Assembly (NCBI GenBank): GCA_027604505.1
Contig: JADIIX010000054.1
Location: forward strand, 1 to 64,000
DNA from: Gonapodya sp. JEL0774
Lineage: Eukaryota
Length of the DNA: 64,000 nucleotides
Reading direction: 5' to 3'
In this document: positions 38,037-49,000 of the stretch, one piece after another
How the letters are laid out: each line of letters begins with the position of its first letter
Position numbering within the stretch: position 1 is the stretch's first letter
Program-made: the position numbers and the translations under genes
The notes under the pieces: generated by a model
Database searches by the model: none
Told to the model about the DNA's origin: nothing
The model's input: only the letters and a program-made list of their open reading frames with translations

Positions 38037-41000
38037 TCATGCGTCCCACCTCCAGCTCCCTCGTCGGCTACTTTGCGTTTTGGATGAAGTTCTGGGCGTT
38101 GACGCCTGCAAGTTCGAATCAGACGAATTCAGGTTCTTGGTAAACTGGGTTCGGTTCACGAAAGCACCAAATGAGGACTCCTCCACGCGGCATCGTTCCT
38201 TTGCGTTAGGTGGTCTTTCAGTCGACAGTAAATCAGATCCCTGTATCCGTATGAATGGTTTGGATGCATTCCGCCCGCAGTTCTCTTTATAGTCGGCGAT
38301 TTGTCTTGGCCGGTCAGAGGCAGTTGACGAGGATGTCGAGCGAGCCTCATGTTCGTTCGAGAATCTTTTCGACGACGCACTGACTGAGCTACCCGACCAA
38401 GCAGGCGTTTCATTGAAAAGACTAAACTGAGACTTTGAGGAGTGTGAATCCCACTGAGCGTTGTCAACCAGCGCGTTGGATCGCCTCCTCTCAGAACTGG
38501 AGAAGCTAGATTTCACATCACTCTCCGACAACGCTTGGGAGCCATTTGTAGTCGAGATAGTTAAAGATTTACCCTTTCGAGCCATTCTCAGTTCTGAGTG
38601 CCCACTGGATTGACTCCCTCCGTCCTTACTTCCACCCGGTGATTCTCCAGAAGGGGTCCGAGAGTTTGTCACACACATTGCACTCGCATGTGCTGATCTC
38701 CGCGTTGTGAACGAGTTCGTTTCCTTTGAAGCCTCCTTAGACGACAGTGTGGAAAACACTGACGAAGGAGTTCCCTCCACGTCCATTGTTGCTAATTCAT
38801 CGACAGAGGCACCTAGATCTTCATAATGCAGATGGTCTTTTCGATAACCACTAGGAATTTGTCCCACAGATGTATCCCCTCCAGATCCCTGCTCATCGTT
38901 GTGAGCTTTCAGAGGCGCTTTTAAAACTGGATTGGCGGCCACTCCACATCCCATAAACTCCCCCAACTCGTCAGCGGAGTTGCATCTATCACTTATCATT
39001 TTTCCTGATACGCTGGGATTTTGTAGTGTGCCTCCCTTGTTGCTCGACGCAGAAGGTACCCTCCTCCGCAATGCACTTCCACACCTCCCAAATGGCCTTG
39101 GCTCCGCAGTCACAACAGTCGACACCGCTTTCGCCTTGGCGCTACCAATATCCCGTTCATTGCGCTCTCCAGTCAGTCTACTGAGTACTGGGACAAACTC
39201 AATTGTGTCGATGGTCCGCGGTGTTGCTGCTGCGGCTGTGGCAGTGGCAGAAAATGGAGCTTCGTGGGCCTTACCATCCCATTGCCACACTTTGCGTGGC
39301 GATTGCGGTCGCCTAGCAGGCAAGGCATCTGCTTTGGCGGAAGCGCCAATGAGTTTCCCTTTCGCGCTCGGCCTCGAAACTGAGCGGATCTTGGTCCAGC
39401 ATCCTCGTCCCCTCTCTATCACGACCGCGCGCCCCCCAGGATGACTAACACCATGGCCCCTTGGCATCCGCAAAGGCCTTCCCGCCTGCGCTCCGACCGA
39501 TCGCTCAGCCAGCTGTGTATCTTCGTCCTGACTCTCGTATTTGCCGCACCTCGGAACCTTGTCCTCGTTTTGACGATCTCTTCCATCTGCAACCAACTTA
39601 GCAGCCCAGGCTGGCATCGTTGCTGCCAATTCTGCTGCCACCCGCGGTCTCCTTGCGGCAGCTGCGACCAAACACGTCATGCGGCCTTCCGTTTCACGGA
39701 GTTGCATTGCGAGTGTGCGGAACTTGGCACGAAGAGCGACGCTCACAGTAGAACTAGGGGAAGGACGCAAAGCGAGACGAAAGATGGGGGTGGGTGGGGT
39801 GTGCGGGAGAGGAGGAGGACAAAGGATAGTCAAGGTGCAAGAGGGAGCGGACGGAGTGGGATTGCGGGAATTGTGGACGTGCAGCGTAGCAGAATACCTT
39901 GAGCATGAGATTTAGTCCTTTAAGTATATGATTCAATCTCTCGACACAAAGTTGGCCACTCACCGTCCCTCCCCTACACCGCCAACTGCTTCTTCAACCA
40001 ACCTGAGCGCTTCCATACAGCCATTCCATGAGATAGTTGCCTGTTCCATCCCAGCCTCGATTAAAGTCTCCTTGCTTATCGTACACTCGTGAGCCAAAAA
40101 GGGATCCGCTGGGTCGGATACCCGGAGGCTATACGACGTGTATGCATTCGGGCGTGAATGGGGAAGCGGGTAGATGGTTATGGTGAGCGGTTTGCTGCTT
40201 AAGGACGATTTCGCAGACTTGCTCAGTACGGAGATTGGGACGGTTTTGGAGAAAGAAGGTAGTTGGCCCCCTAGAAGGATTTTCACACAAGCCCGCCAAT
40301 CAGCATCCGGAGAAGAGGAACAGGACTCAGCAAATGTGGCGCCCAGAAGAGACCAGCCGACCGACCCACTCACCGATTGCACACCTTTCTGCATCTGCCG
40401 ACCTTCTCGTCGCCTCCCATCTCCCCATCCCCTCTACGATCGCCTGGCCACCGCCTGCTTTCCTACACCTTTCCATCGCTTCGGCCACATCACTTCTCCT
40501 TTGAGCAACTTGACTTGTTATATCCTTGAGATTGGCCGTGATCGCAGATTTTACTTCGGACGACGAGGCAGGATGGAGAGGGACGGCCAAGGACACTACT
40601 TCACCGAGCGGGGTCTTGTGAGACACAACAAGCACAGCCGGGGTAGTCGATGAGTCGGCACGATCCACAGTCGTGTCCCCAGTGTTTCCTGTACCCGCGC
40701 ATGTCCCGTTCCTCGTTGGAGGCAAGGGTTCCACAAAAACCAGTATTGCGTTTGCTTTGCCAGACGCCGCATCGCGTACTGCAGCCCGCAACGCGGTGGC
40801 TAAAGATGAGAGAGAAAGCCATCCTGGTGGAAGGGTAAGCGGAGTGAAGATTACGCGGTGGTGGAAGAGGGGGTCGTGTTGGGGAGAGGAGATGTGGAGC
40901 AGGAGGTGGGGTAGGGGGAGGGGGCTTGACCAGGTGGGCGCGAAATGTGTCCAGAACGTGTAAGGATCAAGTTCATCATTTTGGTGGGTCACGCCGAAAG

Positions 41001-42005
41001 CGAGGGGCAGCTGCGGTTGTCGGGGACACTCACTTCCCTCCTACCCGTTCTTTGACTCCCTCGGGCACCACTGTCCCGGCACACTCTTCTACTAGTACCA
41101 CCGCCTCTACGGTCTCTGTCCTACCCGCCGCTATGTGTCGCTTGAGAAGAGCACGGCGAAGATGGTGGAGAGCGGGGTCAGGTACGTCGTGCGGGAGATG
41201 GGTGTTGCTGGCGATTGATGGTGGTTCGGGCGGGAGAAGGAAAGAAGCGGACGGGAACGAAGAGGATGGGTTGAGAATGGTGAGAGAGAGAGGGCAGGTA
41301 AGGTTACGGGCTATGTAGATATAGGTGGAGTCAGGGGGGAATGCATGGTTGAGGGTAGTGATCATCATGTCAGATACGTCGATCGGAGTCCCGAAACGCT
41401 GCACAACTAGCTTCAAGCCCAGTATAGAGACAAAAATTACTTTCCCGCAGTTTTTTTGTCCTGTCCGACACCATGACCCGTGCCTCCTGCCGCATTGGCA
41501 ACAACTAACTATCCTACTCACCACCCAAGGGTCCGATCCGCTCGACAGCACCATTTCGTTCATCAAGTTGAGCGTCCGGATCGAATACTGTTTCATTCCA
41601 ATAGTTCAGACGCGGTCTCTCGACGTCAAAAGTGTCCGAGGTTCCGTGAGTCTCAGTTTTGGTGGCTCCGTGAGCCGCGCACTCCCTACAGAGTCTCGGA
41701 TCCACGCCCACCGCCCCACGTCCGGGTCCATTTCCCTCTCGCGCTCTTGCAGCACTAGCGTAAAGTGGATCGTCCTTGGTCACGAGATCTGCATCGTCGA
41801 AGAGTGAGTCCACATTTTGTACGCGTCGAGAGCACCCTGGACACCGCGCAAAGAGAGCCAATCGGCGAGCAAATGCCCGTACTGGGGAGTGAAAAGGGGC
41901 ACGGCCACCTTGGGGTACGTTAGCGTCGTACTCGTCGAGGATCGTGTTCACTTCCATAGCACTCTTGGGATTCTTCAACACGACCGTCGGTGCTGGCTCT
42001 AACAT
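38037..42005 (-). CDS. Multi-exon protein with two tandem SAS-6/XRCC4-superfamily-like head domains and a long Ser-rich tail
   Basis: ORFs 41514..42194, 41030..41596, 40327..40992, 39960..40394 and 38037..39833 join through GT-AG introns (one junction near 41010-41050 is uncertain; the start could be 42005 or 42185). Motifs LLLHISSPQHDPLFHHRVIF / SLRVSDPADPFLAHECTISKE and VSLAVPLHPASSSEVKSAI / IFRLALRPSPSSTVSVAL. Confidence 0.6.
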
Positions 42006-42486
42006 TCGCGTCCCTACTCGCACGCGATTTTGCCGATTTGAGTTCAATTTTGTCGGGGTGCGAATTTCGTGCCTTGATGGCTCGAAATGATGGATATCGG
42101 GAACTTGGTGATTGGCGGAAGGAGAAGGAGAGACACCAAAAAATTTCCTGTGACCAGACGAGAACGTCAAAAGCCTCTTCTCCATCTCATGCAAGTAACC
42201 AAACTCAACTTGCCTCTGAGAGAGCCATACCCAACCCCTCCTGTTGAGCTACCAACAAGAAAACTCGAGAACTCCCGACGCCAAGGTGAATCAGAAAGCA
42301 ATGTAATATTTTAACAGTGTAGACCAAGTTTTCTATTCGGTCGTGTCGGAATTGAACTCAAATCAACTCCTATGAAGTGTTTTCGAACTGGCTAACACAG
42401 CAACACACTCGCCAGCCGGCCCCTGAACATTTCGATAACAATGTGTTCCCCAATTCATCCAGCTCGTCTTTCTTTCATTTCCAAGT

Positions 42487-43559
42487 ATGCCTTCCAATCT
42501 TCCAGCTGCATCTTTCCCAATCGCACGCGAAAATCTTGCCCTGTTCCCTGAACTTATCCGTCGGTATCCCGTCTTGTCCCAATCGGCCATCCTAACCAAG
42601 TTCTACCCACGCACACCGGACCCTTTTCCGCCTCTGCCATTGGCGGAGAGGAAGCGCCCGGTACGGATCGAGGTGATCAATGGAGATACGTTGGACGTCA
42701 CGAGGAGGATCATTGCCGAGAGTGATCCGTCTTCCACTTTACGGCCTCTCGTCTTGAACAGTTAGTACCGTTTCTTTGCCCACAAAATCACAAAGTAAAT
42801 TTTGTTTGCGTTCAGTGGCATCCCACAAGCGCGCCGGGGGAGGCTGGCGGGGCGGCTCTCGAGCACAGGAAGAGCAACTGTTTTACCGCTCTACCTACTC
42901 GCTGTCCCTCGAAGATACGATGGGGCTTGATCCAGACCGAACGTGGTCATACCCTCTACCAGTGACAGCTGGAGTATATAGCCCACAAGTGCTGGTCTTT
43001 AGGAGGAATGCTGGAAAAGGGCATTCGTTGCTTCCAGAAGAAGAACGATGGTTCGCGGACTTTGTGGCAGTAAGTCCACACACCACAAGCTAAAGCAGTT
43101 TCCTTTTGCCTTCATCGCGTAGCTGACCCGTCCACCAGGTCCCCGCCATTGCCCACCCCACGATCCTCCCCGACAACTCGTACACACCAGCCCAACTGGC
43201 CTTAACCCGCGACAAGATCCTCACAATACTTCGTATCGCTCTTGAGAACCCGGTGAATGACTCACTGGTCTTGGGAGCGTTTGGATGCGGGTGAAAGTTC
43301 ACTCCGTACTCTCAATCTCACCGTGCCATGACTGATTCCACATCTCGCATTCACGCTCTCCGCTACCTCACTACGCCGCCTTAATGCCTCCAGTGCCTTC
43401 CGCAATCCCCCGAGAACCATGGCCCACCTCTTCCGGGAACTCCTCCAGCTGGAAGAATTCGCCGGCCGGTGGAAGAGGATCGTGTTTGGTATTTTTGATG
43501 GAAGAAATGAAGGGAACTACGAGACGTTCAAAGAGGCGTTGGAGGGAGTGGAGGTGTAA
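42487..43559 (+). CDS. Bacterial-type poly(ADP-ribose) glycohydrolase (DUF2263/TIGR02452 macrodomain), 4 exons
   Basis: Spliced LVLNMASHKRAGGGWRGGSRAQEEQLFYRSTYSLSL (GGG-x6-QEE catalytic signature), GVYSPQVLVFR, LVLGAFGCGAFRNPP, KRIVFGIFD; TAA at 43557-43559. Confidence 0.9.
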
Positions 43560-43812
43560 ACATAAGGATCACCAGTATGATCGTTAATTCCAATGCGAGT
43601 ACCATAATGTCATAAATGCACCTTTGACTGTGATGACATTGAACCACGGGCAGAATTGCAATTGCGGTTTCTTGAAATAAGAGATTGAAAAAGTACACTT
43701 TCACGATCATCTACCGCGTGGCCGCCCCAGATTGGTAAATTCGGCGAGATTTGGTTTATGTATGTAGAGACCAAACCGAGCGTGGTTTTGTCTTTCACAA
43801 TAGTCGACACAA

Positions 43813-45616
43813 ATGCCACCCAAAAACCCTCGAAAGCAACGTACGCCTGTATCATTGACACCCCCTAATCCTCCCACTGCTCCTACAAAAATCGTGTTTG
43901 GCGACGACGATGACGAGGAACCTGCGAACACGGCAACAACCGTCGACGTCGAGGAACCCGACCCCGAATCGCCGCCAAAGCGCATGACGAGGGCGCGAGC
44001 AGCTGCGCAGGCGAAGATAACGGCTCACAAATCGAAGCAGGACCCGAAGCAGGACGATGAAGGCGAGGGTGCGGGTGGGATTGGTCGAGGTGAAGACAAG
44101 GATGAGGGAAGTGGGGAGGACGTGGACGACGAGGACGAAGGAGAGGACGAGGACGAGGACGAGGCTCCTGAAGCTGTGACGCTATCGTCTGCAAAGGTGC
44201 AAGCGATGGCGTCGGCAAAGGGGAGGAAGGCCGAGGTAGAAAAGTGAGTACAATGGACTCGCTGCCACTGTGATCCCTTATTGACAGCTTTTCCCCGGGT
44301 TGGGATGTATTTTATCACGATATGCTTTCCAATAGAATTGCCCTTGAGCAACGGGAGGCTCGTCGAAAGCGTGATGCTTTATTTAAAGATCAGGCGAAAA
44401 CCAAAGTCAAACCTCCTAAGCCCTCCAAAACTCCTAAAACGTCCTCCGCATCCGCTACCGCCACCATCACTTCTACTGCGATCACTCCTGCTTCGTCCGT
44501 ACTCGCCCCACTCTCAGCCGACTTACTAGCCTCCCTCGCTCAAATGAAACCATCCTCCACAGCCTCGAGCGTCAAAAACGCACTCGCATCTGTCGACCCT
44601 CTCGGTGGCGATTTGGGACTCGGCGACGTAGCTGGTGGTCGGTCGGCTGGCCACACACGCTTCGACGAGCCCAACCTGGACGAGGATCTGGATTTGGAGC
44701 AATTTGATACCGATATGTCTCGTGCGGCTCGAGCAGGACTGAAAGGCGAAGTGGGAGAATTGCGAATGCGACATTCGAGACTGGATGACGTCGATTTGGG
44801 GAGCTTATTGGACGGTAGTGACGGGGATGAGACCGAAAGTGACGAGAGCGAGGACGAGCAAGGGCTGAAGGTGTATGGGAAGGATGGCAAAGAAGAAGGG
44901 GATGATGAAAGTGTGGGAGTGGAGGAAGATGGTACGGGTGCAAAGAGGAGGAAAGTAGGCACGGACGGCTCAGTAAAGGTCGGGTAAGTGTTGCTCTTTG
45001 GTTCTGCGATTCTCATCAGAGCTACCCCGCTGCATTCGCTCAAGTATATTCTACTCATCTGTAATCTCTTGCAGCGCGTTCATCGCCCGTCCCCTCTCCG
45101 CCCCCAAAGCCAACCTCCCCTCCGCCCCGTTCCTCCGCTTGCCGCCCGCCCCCTCCGCCGCCACATACCTCACGGCAAAGCTTCGCATCGAAGCCGGAAA
45201 AACTGCTCAAGCTCGACTTCTCGAAGCTATTGCAAAACGTGGAGGAGGTGCAGCAAAGGACGGAAAGGCGAAGGAAAAGAAAGTCGGGCACGTGGGTCCT
45301 AGGACGCAAAAGGAGAAGAAGAAGGATGCGAAGAAGCAAAGAAGGGAGAGGGAAAAGCAGGAGAGGAGCCAATATAGGGAGGAGAGAGCAAGGTTGCCAG
45401 GTGCGTTTTCTTCCCATATTTTCCACCATACGTCGCTCCATCTTGAACTCGCCCCTGGTCTCCTTGATAGCCCTCATGACTCTCGTTCGGCCTCTTGCGC
45501 TCACCTCGTCGCGTCTTCCCACGGCGCTAGCTGGGTTTGTCTCTCGGCCTGGTGGGGTGGCTGCGAAGGGTGCCGAATCCAGTGGTATAGGGAAGAGGAA
45601 GAGAAAGGCGATGTGA
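43813..45616 (+). CDS. Acidic/basic nucleolar protein with U3 snoRNA-associated (Utp16/Bud21-like) motif, 4 exons
   Basis: KIVFGDDDDEE, then EDEDEAPEAVTLSSAK followed by ...EQREARRKRDALFKDQAKTK; K/R-rich C-terminus. Confidence 0.55.
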
Positions 45617-46014
45617 GAATTAGGAGGTGGGATTGAATGGACCGTGAGAAATACATATTGTGTCCCAGCTGCGACAGGGTTGTGTGGGCAGGAACTTTCT
45701 TATCGAATCTTGCGATCCCGTTCTGCAGCATTCGTTTCAAGGAAATGAGGGAGCAGATAACCCATTTTACTGCATACACTATTTTACGATGTTAGTTTTC
45801 ATAATAAAGCAGGGTCGAACATCGAACAGATCAGGGATGTTGCCTCCAGCCACACCAATCAGTATTGAATGGGAAAAACTCTCGATCCTTGTTGCTATTT
45901 CATTCATCTATTTCGTCTGCTCTTTCTGTCCACGGTGCGGCAATTGAATTCCCAACGAAAACGTTCCCTTCTCGTTCAGCGACGGACGGCAATTGTTCAA
46001 ACCAAGTCTCACCC

Positions 46015-49000
46015 ATGCTGGGTAACTCTGATGGACAACTTCACCTTCCAACTTCGCTCCCACCAACGACGTTCGTAGTACACTCCCAGCATGTGAGCGA
46101 TCATGGGCGCACTCACATTGGCAATGTTTACTACCTAGGGTCGAGGTAAGCTCCACCATTCAAGATTCCGCCTGCGGAAGGTGTTTCCATTAATAGATTT
46201 GATCGTTGTCTGATTGAAAATGCTATCAGTGCTTCCCAAACTCAAGTTGACGCGAGTCGCACCTCGTTGCCACAGTACTACATTCCTTTTTCGCGCAACA
46301 AACGATTTGTGGGCCGCACCACCTATCTCAGCTCGCTCACTGAAAAGCTGCTTGACAAACAGGAATGTCAAAGAGTTGCCCTTTTTGGCCTGGGTGGTAT
46401 GGGAAAGACGCAAGTTGCATTGGAATTTGCATACAGCGTGGAAAAGGGCTATCCAGATGTCTCGGTCTTCTGGTTGCCTGCTCTCAGCGTGGCCGCATTT
46501 GAACAGGCGTGTAGGGAGGTTGCTGAAAAACTAGGTATTGCTCCACAAGAAGGAGACAAGGACGATGCCACGGCGGTGGTCATGAAGCATCTCAGGAAGG
46601 ACTCATTCGGACGGTGGCTTTTGATTATTGACAACGTGGATGATATGGATATTGCCCGACGTATAGATAGCTTCCTTCCACGGACCGAGAACGGCATGTT
46701 CATGTTCACTACTCGGATTCGTGGTGTGGCAGAATATCTCGCGGAGGGTAACGTAGTCAAACTTAGAGCGATGAGCAATGAAGAGGCGGAGACGTTTCTC
46801 AAGAAGTCCTTGAACCGGAAGGAGTTACCTGGCGACGAATCCAACATCGCGGATCTCATAAAGCAACTTGCCAAACTGCCTTTGGCGATCGCACAGGCAG
46901 CGGGGTATCTCAACGTCAACATGTTCACATCGATCGAAAAGTATGTCTATCAATTAAAGACCAGCGAACAGGCCGCTGCTGCGTTGCTCAGCGATGACGA
47001 ATACTACAAGCCCAATGCGCGATATCAGAATTCTGAAAACTCGGTGGCCAAAACTTGGATCATATCATTCGACCAAATCTACGAGAATAGGCCCAAAGCC
47101 GCCAATCTCCTCATGTTCATGGCGTGCATTGAATCCAAAACCATTCCACGTTCCATCCTGCCACCACCAGAGTCTTCAGAGCCAGAACGAGACATGGAGG
47201 AAGCACTCAATACGCTCGGCGCGTACGCATTCATTTCCAAGCATTTAGAGCAGGATATTTATGATATCCACCGGCTCGTTCACCTGGCTGCCAGAGTTTG
47301 GCTGCGCAGTCAGGGCACTTTGAGCGGTAAAACTGTGGATGCTATCCAGCACATTGCGACAATATTTCCAACTGTTTCTTGGGAGAAGAGGGACGTGTGG
47401 AGGTTGTACCTCCCGCATGCCGTGAAACTGCTGGGAAGTTGTGACGGCGAGGAGCTCGTGCAGCGATACGACCTCTACTTTTTGATTGGACTGTGTTTGC
47501 GGATCGATGGCAGGGTGGCAGAAGCCGTGCTTTGGCTACAGAAATGTAACAGTGGAAGAGGTAGCGTTTTGAAACTGGCAGAGGACCACCCAGACCGACT
47601 CGCGTCACAAGCCGCCCTTGCTGGAGCATACCAGGCCAACGGGCAGGTGGGCAAGGCTGTGGCGCTGCTGGAGCACATAGTTGCGATTCATGAGCGAACA
47701 CTCGCGGAGGACCACCCCTCCCGTCTAGGGTCGCAGCATGCCCTCGCTGGTGCATACGACGCCAACGGGCAGGTGGGCAAGGCCGTGGCGCTGCTGGAGC
47801 ACATAGTTGCGATTCATGAGCGAACACACGCGGAGGACCACCCCTCCCGTCTAGGGTCGCAGCATGCCCTCGCTGGTGCATACGACGCCAACGGGCAGGT
47901 GGGAAAGGCCGTGGCGCTGCTGGAGCACGTAGTTGCAATTCATGAGCGAGCACTCGCAGATGACCACCCAAATCGACTCGCGTCGCAGCACGCTCTCGCT
48001 GAACTATGCAAGGCCAAAGGGCAGGTGGGAAAGGCCGTGGCGTTGCTGGAGCACATAGTTGCGATTCATGAGCGAGCACTTGCTGAGGACCACCCCTCCC
48101 GTCTAGGGTCGCAACATGCCCTCGCTGAAGCATACCAGGCCAACGGGCAGGTGGGAAAGGCTGTGGTGCTACTGGAGCATGTAGTTGCGATTCATGAGGG
48201 AGCACTTGCAGAGGACCACCCTGACCGTCTGGCGTCACAGAACGCTCTGGCTCAAGCATACCAGGCCAACGGGCAAGTGGGAAAGGCCGTGGCGCTGTTG
48301 GCGCACGTAGTTGCGATTCATGAGAGAGCACTTGCAGAGGACCACCCGAATCGACTCGCGTCGCAACGCGCCCTTGCTGTAGCATTCCACGCCAATGGGT
48401 GGGTGGGTAAGGCTGTGGCGCTGTTGGAGCACGTTGTTGCTGTTTGTGAGCGAGTACTCGCAGAGGACCACCCGGCCCGTCTGTCATCACAGCACGCCCT
48501 CGCTGTAGTGTACCAAGCCAACGGACAGGTGGACAAGGCTACACCGCTGCTGGAGCGCATTGTCGCAATTCGTGAGCATGCACTCACAGTGGATCACCAA
48601 GCATACCGTCTCTCAACACACCACGAGCTCGCTGTAGCGTACCAGGCCAACGGGCAGGTGGGTCAGGCTGTTGCGCTGCTTGAGCACGTCCTTGCCATTG
48701 AATCTACAACACTGGCAGAGGATCACCCGGCCCGTCTCGGTTTGCAGCACGTCCTTGCTGGAGCATACCTGTCGAGCAGGCAGTTGGGCAAAGCTGTTGC
48801 GCTGCTGGAGCACGTGGTTGCTGTTGAATCCACAACAATGGCGGAGGACCACCCGGCCCATCTCGCATCGCAGCACATCCTCGCTGGAGCATACTTGTCC
48901 AGCGGGCAGGTGGGCAAGGCTGTGGTGCTACTGGAGCACGTTGTCACGATTTATGAGCGAGTACTGGCAGAGGAGCACCCGAACCGTCTCATGTCGCAGC

